This document shows positions 1-13,100 of a DNA stretch of 64,000 nt, piece after piece. Source of the DNA: Paraspadella gotoi. Lineage: Eukaryota > Animalia > Chaetognatha. The first letter of the stretch is position 1, and each line of letters starts with the position of its first letter. Where the stretch lies: the NCBI GenBank assembly GCA_051294375.1, contig JBJCIZ010000239.1:1506581-1570580 (forward strand), in the 5' to 3' direction. The notes under the pieces are model-generated. The model ran no database searches and was not told where the DNA came from. It saw nothing but the letters and a program-made list of their open reading frames with translations. A program made the position numbers and the translations under genes.

Positions 1-100
1 ATTTTTTGCATAAAGTTTGTTATTTCTCACGCAAGCAATTCCGTTTATTGGAAAACGTAATGGGATCGAATTCTTAATTTCTAATAATCACGCCCCTTAG

Positions 101-728
101 GCGTCGGCCTTTTATTTGGCCAACTCCCTCATGATCCTCGGCAGCGACTCTCCGGTCGAAGAGAGGATCTACGTCCCGAGATGCTCCGTATCGCGGGTTG
201 GATTATATCTAATATTATTTCGATTTAATACGAGTACATATTGTACATATATATGTACAATCCAGTTATTAATATTTCCCCGGCAGGCCCTCTTCGTCAA
301 AGTCTGCGCGACGCCCGAGTCGGCGGAGGCGACTCGGTCCTTAAATCTCTACTTCGCCTCCGGTCAACTGAAGAACCTCGACGATATTTGGCTGGAGGAT
401 GTGGACGAGGCGTTTGACGATCTCGCTGAGGAGTCGTCGTTGTCGGAAGAAGGTAATTCCGTTTGCGTTTTGATAATTAATCGTTGATTTATATATTTAA
501 CGTATTGTTGCTCAATTGCTCATGCGATATTTTCATTTGCCATCATCTCCAGTACTCCAAAGAGAGGGCGTCCCTCTTCTGGAACGCATGAAAATCTCCA
601 GCCGAGCGCCCCTTAAGCTTCGGGATCAGGCCCGCTTGTTTCTTAGGCGTTACGTCGACGACGAGGAGTTGCCGCGACTTAATGGCGCGCCAAAGTGGAT
701 ACGAGATTTCGTCGCTTTTAAACTGTAA
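101..728 (+). CDS. 3' exons of a C-terminal SOCS-box protein (possibly ASB-like); 5' end lies outside the window
   Basis: Three GT-AG-bounded exons (~101-187, 287-451, 552-728). The C-terminus PLKLRDQARLFLRRYVDDEELPRLNGAPKWIRDFVAFKL* fits the SOCS-box pattern (pxsLqxlcRxxiRr...LplPxxlkxyl). Confidence 0.6.
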
Positions 729-1169
729 TCTTGTTAAACAATTATTAATAATTCAAGTCAATTTTAGCTTTCGATTTTGTCATCTTTTTTGTTTAAAGTT
801 TGAACTTTTAACTTTAAATATTCATGTTTAATATATTTATTTCACCATCTATTTGCTACAACTTTCATTGACTGTAGAACGACTAAACTAAGTTAAACTT
901 AAAGGAAAACGCGTTAGTACACAGTATAATTTTTATTTAACTAAATTGTAGAAGGAAGAGAAGCCAATTCGGGTTCTTTTCCCAAGAATAAAACAAAATT
1001 CGTGACCGCGAACAAAGATAAAAGGAATGCACAACGAAAAAAAAAAACTAGTAAAATACTCAAATAAAATAAACTAATTAAAATTCGATAACTCGATTTT
1101 AAGCCGAACGGGAGAATTTAAAAAAAAATGAAGTCTATAAGAAATCTAGTGAGAGAGCGATTCTTGTTA

Positions 1170-4100
1170 TTAAGTTTGAACGCTCCTCTTCTTCGGCGCC
1201 ATTCTTCGGACGATAGCGGCGACGCCGGCGACGAGCACGGGTTCCAGCAGGGCCGCGCATCTCGCGTGCGGCGACGTGGGGGCGTGGCGGCGCCGAGACG
1301 AGGAGAAAATGCGCGAGGCGTCGGAAGAGAACGCCGCCAGCGTCGCGTAGCTGAAGGAAGACGATGGCGGTTAAAATTATTTCAGTAATTATTTAATCGA
1401 TTAGGAAAAGGAAAAAAAAATGTTAAAGCAAGTTGACTCGAGTACCGTTTAGCCAGGACCCTCTGTTCCAAAGTGGTGAGATCCATGTCGACGGCGGCGT
1501 TCTCGACCGGGTGGAGGAAGGGCCAGGCCATTTTATGACCCTTGAGGTTGTGGACGAGCTTCTTGAGTTCTTGCGTGTCGGCCGAGGAGAGCGGGTGGGA
1601 ATGGACGCGGGGGTCGCGGCTCAGTTGCTGGGTAAGTTCCTTTTTTAGGCATCTGGAAAGTAAGGGAGAAAAAAAATAACAATTTTATAAAATTCAGCTC
1701 CTTGTATTTTGATGCTAGTGCCGTTCTAATACTTAAGGGAGTGGTCTTTTCATACGATTGAAACATTTTTTAAAATATTATACCACTTCATTGATAGGGA
1801 AGCCAGGTTCACTGGGAGTGAATAAACAAGACTGTGAGAGAGTCTTGATTGAAAGCTTGCAGAAACCTGCTATGTCATTATCTTGTAAGTGTGATGGAGG
1901 CCTTAAACCACCAAAGCCTGTCCAAAGTCAGGGACAAGATAGCCTACTTATTAAACGAATGAATAATTTTTATAATGGTTGTACCAATTTCATAATATTA
2001 CCATAAATAAAATAATAAAGCAATACGGGGTCGGTTCCTCACCTGGGACAAACGTAATCGTCGATCTTATTGGCCTCTTGTTCGGTTATGTTGACGCAAG
2101 TTCCGTGGAACCAATCCTCGCAACGATCGCAACCGATGTAGAATCTGAAAGACATCATCAACGGAATGGACCAATAAACGGACTTGGTTGGCCTCGTGAC
2201 GTGATTGCTCGTCTCCTTCACGAATCATCAGAATGCCGACGAATCACAGACCTTATTGATTGACCGAGGACCGACAGAGGAACCGACGGAGGGATTGATG
2301 GTCAAAATTGCTCAGATAACTCTAGGCATTCTTCCCAACATCCAAACTCAAGAAAGAACTCTTGACTAAACGTCAACGACATTATAAACCCGAAGAAAAA
2401 AAAAGTCTTATATTAAAACGGAAAAAAGCAATGAGACTTAAAATAATTTATTACAATATGCAAATGAGATTTATGAATTCAATCTCATTTCGTAATATTC
2501 CAAGTACAATTTCCTTTTATTAAAAAAATGACATGTAAATCTAATGAGGATCTTACTGGCTGTTGTCGTAGGGAGTTCGGCAGAAACAGAACAACTCTAC
2601 TCGACCTTTGGGTCGACATCCCTCGCACACGAATTCGCCCATCGACTCGGCCTGTGATTCAGTCACGCCGATGCAACTAAAAAAAAAGAGCAAAGGAGTT
2701 GCAAATGAATTATCTCGAGTTCTTTTGACCAAGTAAAACCATTCAAAGAGGTCCGACCTTCCGTGGAACCAATCGGAACAGACGTCGCAACCCACGTAGA
2801 ACTTGGTGTCGTCGTAGGGCGTTTTGCAGACGCAGTACAGTCTTTTGGAGGATGTGGAAGAGGCGTGGCTGACTTTGGAAGGTCCCGTCGACACCATGCG
2901 GGATCGTTTGACGTCGCCGCCCGTCGACGCCGCTTTGACGTCGCTGCGGTGGACGACGCCGGCGGCTTTGCGTTTGCGGGAACCACTAATGGCGGCGGTG
3001 GGGGACGAGGGGACGACGTGTTCCGGGTCGCGTTGTTTGCGAGGCGCCGAGGGAGAGGGCCTGGAGAAATTAAGGTTGACATAATATTAAATATTTTCTT
3101 CAAGTTAAAAATTTAAAATAGAAGCCAACTCACTTTGCCGAAGATGGTGGGCTTTTGGGGTCCATCTCGTGAGCAGAGGAAAGGTGATGTTGGGGCTGCT
3201 TGGGTGGCTTTGGATGTTGCTGTAGCTGTTGAGGGACGGGCAACGCAGAAGCCTTCGCAATTTGCGGAGGCGCCGGCGGGTTGACCGGCTGGGGCGGCAT
3301 CGGCGGAGTCGTTTTCGCTAAGAATTCTTTGATCTCGAGAGCGACATCGGCCTGTGAAACGAGTTTAAATTGGAATTACAATGATTTCTAACAATTTCGT
3401 TTTAATCGTTTCTAATCAATTTTATAATTATATATATTTTTCTTTTATTGTTCGAAAATAAGGATTTTCGAAAACGTTATTCGCAAAGATTACTGCGATA
3501 TGCAAATGATAAATTGGAAGAAAAAAAATTTCATTTCCTATCAATGACAATTGACTGGCACGCGCGAAGAGTCGCGCTCTCTCTCTTTCTCTCTCTCACA
3601 TGCGCCCTCCGATCGAGCTCCTTCTCCAACGCCGCCCTCTTCTTAAGTATCTCTCTCTTCAACGCCTCCTTGTGTCGAGCGAGCGTCAACGCCGCCCGCT
3701 GCCCGGCCGCCGCTCGACGTCGCTCCTCCGCCGCCCGTTCCTTGGCCAGGCGGCGCTCTTCGCGCTGCTCGTCACGCTCCACTCGATCCACGAGGCTTCG
3801 TAGGAGCGAGGAGACGAGGGACATGCTGGATCAAAAAAGAAAGTTTCTCGTTATGCGCGAAGACGCGCGAGTACGGCTGTCGGAGACCATTGTACAATGA
3901 TCGCTTCTTATAACGAAATTACCGCGAGTTCTCATCAGTTTCTTCCGTCGACGCATTTGGACTCGAAGCTTCGATGGGGATATTGACGCTAGTTGTTGTT
4001 GTTGTAGCCGGCGACATGGATCCGCTCGACGTTTTTAATTTCTAATCAGAACAAATAAGGAATAATAGATAATTGATAACTGGTCAGTGGAAGGCTACAG

Positions 4101-7100
4101 GCCATAAACAGAGCGCGGCCACAGTTAACGCCCTTGCCTTTTCTGGAGGAGAAAGTCGCTCGGAACTCGATGAGGTTGTCGTTGTTGTTGTTGTTGTCGT
4201 ATTTTGAGAATCTTTGGCGACGTCGGTGACCGAAGTATTTTTCGCTGCCGTCGTCCCCTCCGCAGCCGGCGCCCCCGATGCGGCGACGATCGTCGTCGCC
4301 TTCTGCTGCTGCTTCTTTTGAAAGGCGAGAAGTTTGGACTGAATTCCCGGCGCGAGATTTTGATTGAGCAGCGCCTGCTTTATCACCGCCTGCGCCATCT
4401 GGGCCGTCACCGTCGTGGGCGTCTGAATTTAAAAAATTAGATCGATTGATTGATAAGTGGCCAACGAAATGAGGAAGGCAACATTTTCCTTTTATTATTT
4501 GATTGGTTGTCACCTCTCGATCGGCTTCCTGAGAGTTTCCGCTGGGCATAAAATGAGATTCTTCGACGCGAGGTGCTTCGTCTGGAATAAGTTTTAATTT
4601 AATTTATTAATTCATAGACGAAGAGCGAAAATAAAATCTTTTTCGTTGCAATTTAAACATATACTAATTTGTATATTAATTTGTTTTCCTTCTGCCTACC
4701 GCTCGTGACGTTTTCACCCGATGTCGTCGTCGTCGCGATTTTCGAGGAAGCGACGCCTTTTGTTTGTCGAAGCGTCGCAGAGGGCGACAGCAGCGACGGA
4801 TCCAACGCTGACGAAAAACAAATGAACGTAGAAAGAGGGATGAGAAGATGAAAATTTAAAAAACTCGACTAATTTTTCTTTTAGAATTCACCCTAGCAAA
4901 AAAAAAAACAACTTACTTGTCGTAAAGATCATGCTGCTGCCCGGGAGTTTCCCGACGACGCGGATCGGCGGCGCCGGTTGCGTCGCGGTCGTCGCTGGTG
5001 CCGAGATGGAAGTAGAGGGAGGGGCCGAGACGATCAATACCTAAAATGGAAAGATTAAGATTTAAGAGCCTCCCGAAGATCTTTAGCCAATAAATAGTTG
5101 GTATTATAATGACTAGGAATTTGAAAAAAAAAATGATCTATTCATTCAATAAATAAGCTTTCTTGCCCCCGACTTAGGAAAAGCTAGGGTGGCTCGGGTT
5201 AAGGTCTCATTTCCTTCTTACAAGATAATAACATAACAGGATCCCGCAAGCTTTCATTCAAGACTATCTCACAGTCTCTCTTACAAACTAGTTTATTCAC
5301 TGGCAGAGTACCTGGGCTTCCCTATCAATGAAGCGGTATAATATTTCATAGAATATTTCGATAATTACGTAATTATTAATAATTAATAATCAATGCGTAA
5401 GGATCCTGACCTGAGATTGAGGGGCGTTGGACGCGGAGATGGATGCGGAGGCGGTCAACGTGGTAATAACTGAAGTAGACGTGGATGCGGGGGTCGGGAT
5501 GGAGGCAGAGATCGGCTTACATACGGGGATGGAGGCGGAGATCGGCTTACATACGGGGATGGAGGCAGAGATCGGCTTACATACGGGGATGGAGGCGGAG
5601 ATCGGCTCACATACAGGTATGGAGGCGGAGATCGGCTTACATACGGGGAGAGAAGTTGGGGTCACGATTGAAGTCGAGATGGGCTGAGTGACGCAAGTGG
5701 AAACAGATGTTGAGAGAGTAGATAGAGGAATAGACGCTGGGGTTGATTCTGGGGTAGAAACCGGAGTGGAAACCGGAGTGGACGCTGGAGTGGATAACGG
5801 GGTCGATATGGGAATCGATGCTGGAGTGGTTACTGGTGTGGATACCGATATTGATACCGGAGCTGTCATATTAGATGGAGATTCTACAGCAGCTGACGCA
5901 GGAGCGGATGCAGGAGCCGATGCAGGAGCTGAAACCGGAGCTGATGCTTGAGCTGATGCGGGAATTGATGTCGAAGTGGATTCCGATGTAGACACAGATG
6001 ATTTCTGAGTGGATACAGAAGTGGATAGAGAAGTGGATAGAGGAGTGGATACAGGTGTGAATACAGGAGTGGAGGCGGTAGCCGAAATGGGCTTAGAAGT
6101 TGGGGTAGAGACGGTAGTAGTAAGAGAAGTGGTGATAGTAGGGGCGAGATTAGTGAGAGGATTAAGAGAAGTGGTGATAGTAGGGGCGAGATTAGTGAGA
6201 GGATTAAGAGAAGTGGTGATAGTAGGGGCGAGATTAGTGAGAGGATTAAGAGAAGTGGTGATAGTAGGGGCGAGATTAGTGAGAGGATTAAGGGCTGATA
6301 AGTGCGTTAAGATGGGAGAGGCCAGAGAAGGGGAAGCTGATGTTGTTGTAGGCGCTGGAGTAGGGTTAACAGTTGAGATTGGAGCTGAGACAACCGTTGG
6401 GTTTGATGTGGAAACGGGTTTGGAGATTGATGTAGAAGCGGAGGTAGAAACATTAAGTTTGACGGTAGAAGATGGGGAAGGAGAGAGAGAAGTTGAAGCG
6501 GAAGAAACTGTATTAGATGTGGGAGAAGAGATGGGAGAAGAGACGGACTTGGGAACGAAGGTGAAAGTAGAGACCGAAGGAGGAATTGATGTGGAAACGT
6601 TGGAGGTCAGGGTCGGGGAGGCGGAGACGGCCGTCGAGAGAATTTTGATCGTCGGGGAAACAGTCGACGCGGGTTTTGACGCTGGAGTCGAGTCGGGAGG
6701 GGATAGCGAGGTGGCGAGAGGAGCAGCAATTGGATTGATACGGGAAAGCGGAGTGGGAGGTGGAGCGGGAATTGAGATGGCGACAGGAGCGGGTGTGGGG
6801 ACCGGCGCTGGTTTGGGAACCGAAATGGCGGCCGGAGGCGGCGCGATTGGCGCAGCTGCATTGTTTGCCGCGACAGGCGGTTTAAAACCCGAATTGGTGA
6901 GGACGAGTCGCCCGTCGGATAGTTTGAGCAATTGCTGCCCAGGCTGAAGACCGCGGACCGTGAGCTGACCGTTGGGGCCCTGTCAGAGTGAGAGAGGGAA
7001 AGAGATATAGACAACAAATTCCCATCGCCGCGAATGAACAATTTTAGATACCAACCTGGATAAGTTGTAGTTGCGGTAAAGGAGAAACTTCTTGTTTCAC

Positions 7101-10100
7101 AGTCGGATGCTGTAACTGCTGCGGCGGCTGCTGCTGTTGCGGCAATAGCTGCTGTCGGACGACGATTCCGGGGCCGACGGGCGGCGCGCGGGCAGCCACG
7201 ATGTTCGGAGCCTGAGCCGTGCCGACCGCCGGTGGAGGAGCGGCTACGATGGCTGGGGCCGGCCCGGCAACGACGGCGGGTTTGAAGTTGGGATTCGGGA
7301 CTGTGAAAAGGGTAAACACATCCTCATTCCTCAAGTCGCGTTTAGTCGAATTTAAGATTTTCTTTTCTCTCTCTCTCTTTCTCATTCTCTTATCCAAAAA
7401 AGTTTGTACATTTCAAAAATCTGTTTTGCTATAAAATTATCCGACACGTGTTTGTTTATTAATTATTATCATTTCTAATCAACTTTGCCGTTGTGAACAC
7501 CAAAAACAAAAGCCTTCTTGACTCTTCACCGAATAGATTTAAAAGCTCTTGAGCATTAAGCGAAATTTCGACTGGGATCCCGGTGAGGAGGAAGAGCAGA
7601 AGCGAGAAGAGGAAGAGAGGAAGGAGGATTCGATTGCGAAGATGATGATGCGCTTTAATAACACGTGAACCTTTCATCGCGTTCTTGGTTTCGATCGCAG
7701 GAGAAAAAAAAAAGTGAAGCTGAAAGGAAAAACAATTTTTTTTTGTTTTGAATTTTTAATCGAAGCCGGAAATGTCCAAATTGGAGATATTCGTTTCCGA
7801 AGACAAAGGTCACGTATGGGTTTCGAGTGATTTGATCTTTTATGACTGAGTGTTGAGTGACCAAGTGTTACGACAGTCATACCAAATACCAATAAATTAA
7901 CATTATTCAGGCCGCGGGCTTCGGGCCAAGTGCGACGTTACGGCAGGCACCCTGTTGCTGCCTGGAATTCCCTTTGCTTACGCCTTGAACGGGGAGATGG
8001 CCTCTTCCTGCTGCCATCGATGTTTGGCTTCGCCGGCGGCGGCCGCCTCCGACGCTCCCGCCCCGTCCCTCAGGTCTTGCTCAAAGTGCAAGTTCGCTCT
8101 CTACTGCGACGCCGCTTGTCAAAAGGCCGCTTGGCCGGATCACAAGATGGAATGCTCGGCGATAAATAAGACCGGGGTTGACAATGTGCCACACGAGCAG
8201 GTTAGCAACGAGGAATCGAGTTAACGAAAGTCAGCAACTTTTTCATCACGAACTGACCACCACATTTCAAAACAGATTCACAAACGCTAATTAACTCCCT
8301 TTCCAAAAAAAAAAAAAGGTTCGCCTGGTCTCACGAACGCTCTTCAAGCGCGCGCAAATGGAGAAGGATGGTTCGGAGCGCGACATCTCCGAGGCCTTCA
8401 TGCTCTCCACGGACTTGGAGCCTTTGGACATGGACGTCTTAAGCTTCGAACAGAAAGAGACGCTGGCGGAGCGCGTCGACGCCGTCAAAAGGTTCTGGCC
8501 CAAATCCACTTTTCCTTTCGCCGACGAGGAGGTGCTCAAGATATTCCTACAGATAAAGAACAACGCCTTCATGCTCAGCGGAAAAGGGGGTCAGTTCGTG
8601 GGAACAGCGCATCACGTCGACCAGTCTCTGTTTAATCACAGGTCCGAGGGCGCGGTGTTAGAGGAGCGAGAACGTCTAAACTTCCTTTTGGGTTTAGTAT
8701 TAATTTTTAGTAAAGTTAAGGGGAAAACGATTTCGTTAACTCAGAGAGCCAAATGAACTTATGAATGAATACAGCGCAATTAAAATCTATCTCTCAAATT
8801 GGCGACAACATTAAGATGGAGAATGTCCAAAAATGTCATTTGTAACGATGGAAATTTCTATGAATATCGTTAACTAACAATTAGCTCGTACCCTACTCAG
8901 TTGCCTCCCCAACGCGGGCGTCGTTCAAAACTCGTTCCGCTCCGAAGTTCGCGCGTTGAACGACATCGAGGCCGGAGAAGAAATTCTCATCTCTTACGTG
9001 GATCCTTTGGCGACGTCGGAGGAAAGAAGGAAAGACATTGTGGAAAGGTGAGTAGAGATTGAGAAGGACTGAAGCTCACAGGAAATTAAAAGGAAAAAGG
9101 ATAAAAGTAAAACATCACAACGTGAACAAAGAGTGAAAGAAGGAGAGAAGCAAAAAAAGGATTTCAACTTTTTTAATTCTTGTCCGCCATCAGGTATGGA
9201 TTCCGTTGCAACTGCAACGCTTGTTCCTTCGGCATCAACGACGACGTGATGACCGCAGTCAACGAGGGAATCCCGCCGCAAATCGCCAAGGTCGCCGTCC
9301 AGAGAGCGAAAGAGGTCAAGGAGGAGGCGAACATGGTAAGACGGTGGTCGTCAATCAATCAATCAATACGATACGAAGTCTCAATTTTAAATTCCATAAC
9401 CATTCAGGCCGTCTCTGTCTACGATCTCCCTCGAGCCTACGCCTCGGCCACCGACGCCATCGTCCACTTGGAGCAGCTGCTGCCCGACACCAACGTGCAC
9501 CTGCTGGGGCTGCTGCTGCCGGCGATGGACGCCGCCTGGCGGATGTTGGACATGGAGGTGAATATAATTACTATTCTAGGAAAATCAAACACGGATCTAG
9601 TCAAATGGGCTTAGTTTTCCGGTTGAATTTTTAAACATTTTTAGAACCCAGTTTATTTCTAAAAGCTATAAAAATTACAGACACAAAATGAGATTTAATG
9701 ACTTCCCCGATTGCGCGATTCGTGGGAATTATCAATTAAAGAGACAAAGTGAATGGCCCATGGCTCGGCGAAGTGTCCTCCACACAATCATATTTAGATA
9801 ATTTAAACGATTAACCGATTTTGTAACTTTTTTAAGAACGCGGAAAAGTTTTGCGAAAGAATAGTGGAGGTGAACAAGACTCTACTAGCCAACTATCCGA
9901 TTCAACGAAGCCTGATGTTGATGAGGCTCGGGATGATCAAGATGCAAGTGAGTCACGTTTCTTTTCTTTAAAAAAATCTTCAAAATCAGGAGGAAAAACT
10001 TCCCCTTATCATTTTCGTCAACGTGTAAAACGAGATTGAGAGAACAATCGAAAAAAACAATTTCAACAACAGCTCGACGGCAAATCCGACGAGGCGGTGG

Positions 10101-13100
10101 CGGCGTTCTCCGCCGCCGAGGGCGACTTGACGACCACTCACGGACTGGAACACCCGACGGTGGGCGAGCTGCTCTACAACAAGAAAGTTGCGATTCTGCA
10201 GCGGAAGATGCCGTCGCGGCAGCGGAAGACGCTGCGGGAGCAGGCGGAGCGGAAGAGGAAAGAAGTAAAGAAGTTTTACGAAGAATACAGCGCATCTTTG
10301 ACTCAGGATGCGTAGCGATTTGCCGCATTAATTGCTTGTTTTTTTTTGTTGTTAATAAATCAAAACAACTTTACAGCATGGTTTGTTTTTTTAACGAAAC
10401 TTGTTTTAGTTAAATCGTTATGGGAATGAATAAACCACTCATACTTGATTAATATAACCCTAACGAGAACGAACATAATGACCACCATTAAGATGATTAT
10501 GATGACGATGATGATAGCGACAACGACGATAATAAAGTCAATGACAATAAAAATTACTCACTTCTAATTGCCATGGACCCATTGGGCAGACGAATGGCCT
10601 GTGGAAGCGCCTGTGCCAACCCGGCGATCGTCGGCGTCGAAGTCTGAAGCAAAGTCCCCGGCGCTGCCGGAGTCGGCGCCGCCGTCGGTACTGCAGTATG
10701 TGGCACCGATACCGGAAAAAGAAGCTGATTGGCGCCGCCCGGCGTTTGGATCATTTGCAGCGGCGCGTTGAGTCGCGGACCGCCTTTAGTCTCCAGGATT
10801 CGAGGAGCCTGCAACAGCTGAGGTTGCTGCAGTTGCTGGGGCTGTTGCAGAATGTGCTGGATTGCGCCTTGGGCGTTGACGGTGACGATTTGCGGTTGAA
10901 CGGCGGGTCGCGTCGTCGAAGAGGGCGTCATGATGTTGACGACTGAGAAAAAGGAAGGAAGAAAAATGGATAAAACTTTTAATCACGTGACATAAAACTT
11001 TCAATGACGTGACAAAACCTTCAAACCACGTGACCACAAGGAATTAAATCCTTTCACCTGATTTTCCTTGAGGCGACAACCTCACGATCTGAGGTTGAGC
11101 CTCCGGCTTGGCGGAACCCGGCGATGCCACCGAAGAGACGAGACGCTTTTTCGCGCCCAAATTGGCGGGACTCTGAAAGAATTAAAAGTATAAAATAAAT
11201 AAATCATTAAATGAATGTATGAAATTAATAAAGTCATTATTATTCAAGAAATAAAATATAACTGCAATAAAACCGCATCACCTCCCCCCCCCCCGTCAAC
11301 CTGCACGATCTTGATCGTTTGCGGCGGAGCAGCGCCGCCGCCGCCGACCAACGACGCGGGGAGATTGATGACGGCGCCCTGCGGCGTCACGGCGCGAATA
11401 AAGGCCGGCGCCGGCGACTGAAGAGCGGGGATGGAGTTTTGAACGAGGATGGTCTTTCCGTCGGCCGTGCGGATGACCTGGTGCATTGGAGGGAGGTGTT
11501 GAACCTGGAAAAAGATGAATGAGTTTTATCGAACCGTCTCAGTTACATCTATCAGTGAATCATTCGCTCGTTCTTTATCACCATCCCTTACCTGGCCGGG
11601 CATGGCCGCCGTCCCCGCCTTCACGACGATCGGAATCTGCGGCGAACTCAAGGCGATCGTCGTTGTCTCGATCTTCTTCTTGTTCGCGTCTGCGACACAG
11701 AAAATTGTGCATGATATTTTTCAATTCAATTCAATTCAAGTTATTTCAATTGAATTCAATTCATGTTATTTCAATTCAAGTTATTTCAATTCATTGCGGT
11801 TTTAGTAAATATTTGATCTAGTACTACTAGACTAGACTGATCTAGTACTAGAGTAGTAGTCCCCTTCCCCACTCTGCCCTACCTTTCTCGTCGAGCCGCT
11901 TGATCTGCATCGCGGCGCGCTGCTGCCGAAGCTGCATCTCCAGCTGCACTTTGGAGATTTCGGGCGACTGGGATTTGGGGACGACGGAAGTGGCGGAGGT
12001 GACGACGACGACGGGGGGCGTGGACGAACGACTGGGCAGGAGAGACGCCTCGTTCGAAAGCGTCGGTTGCTGATTAGAATTGTTTAGTTTATGTATTTGA
12101 AAAAGTTTTAATATTAATTTATTTATTTTTATTAATCAGTCTGGCTTACTAAACTTAACACCCTTTTTCCTCCCCCAACCTGCGCAGCGGCCGATCTCTG
12201 TTTCTCCAACTTCTCCCCGAACTGGCGAATCTCCCACAGTTCGAGCGCCTCTTCCGGTACCCATGTCTCCGTCAGCGTCGGGTCGCGCGGCTCGGGAGAG
12301 TCTTCACGCTTGCGCATGCGCAGTCCCGAGCGGATGGACACGTGTTTCTCTAGAGGAGGGGGGAGGGAGAGGGTGGGAGTAAGGGGGGGAGGGAGAGGGT
12401 GGGAGGGAGAGAGAGAGAGATAAAAAAGAAAAATATAAAAATAAAATCTTATTTCACCTATAATTTATTTCTTACTTCGCTCATTTTATCATTCATCCGC
12501 TTCGATTATCCTCACCCTTTTTCGGCGTGGGAACGTTGATGGGAACGACGATCCGACGGACGAAGTATTCCGACCTCAATCCGTCGTCGCCGCAGTCCCG
12601 ACGCTTGAGGACTTCCTTGGTCGTCACCTGATTAGCGTAGGGGGGGGAAGTGGGCGTGGCGACAAGGTTTGTGGAAAGTGGACGTGGCGACATGGTTTGA
12701 CGAAAGCGCGGTTTAGGTTGAAAAAAAAAAAAAAAAACTGACCTCGGTTTCAGTGGTGACGGTGTTGGTGCCCCCGGCGGGCGGCTTGGTGTTCATATCG
12801 TCCCACCGGATGACGGCCCAGAAGATTCGCAACTAAAAGACGATCATTCATCAATCAATCAATCAATCAATGCCCTGTCAAATACGTAGAAAATGTAACG
12901 ATGAATCGCGTTCAAACTGGGTACCTGCAATCCGATTCCAGCGAGAGACTTGATGGTGGTCAGCCTGTATCGCCAAGAGGTCCTGAAATAAGGCCTCGGG
13001 CAAGGATAGGGCCAGGCGTATGGGTTGACTTTGGCGCCGTAGTTGAATCCGGGCGCCTCCCTCAGGCCGGCCTTACGCGCCAATTTACGAGCCTCGGATT

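Noticed and set aside
552-680. ZER1/ZYG11-like C-terminus (EGVPLL...ARLF)
   Set aside because: The resemblance is short, and the terminal 40 aa fit a SOCS box better.
5427-6947. Long plus-strand ORFs (e.g. 6009-6947, V/E/G-rich)
   Set aside because: Antisense shadows of the low-complexity BPTF exon.
11715-11862. TTCAA-like repeats and short CTAG palindromes
   Set aside because: Short low-complexity intronic sequence with no element structure.
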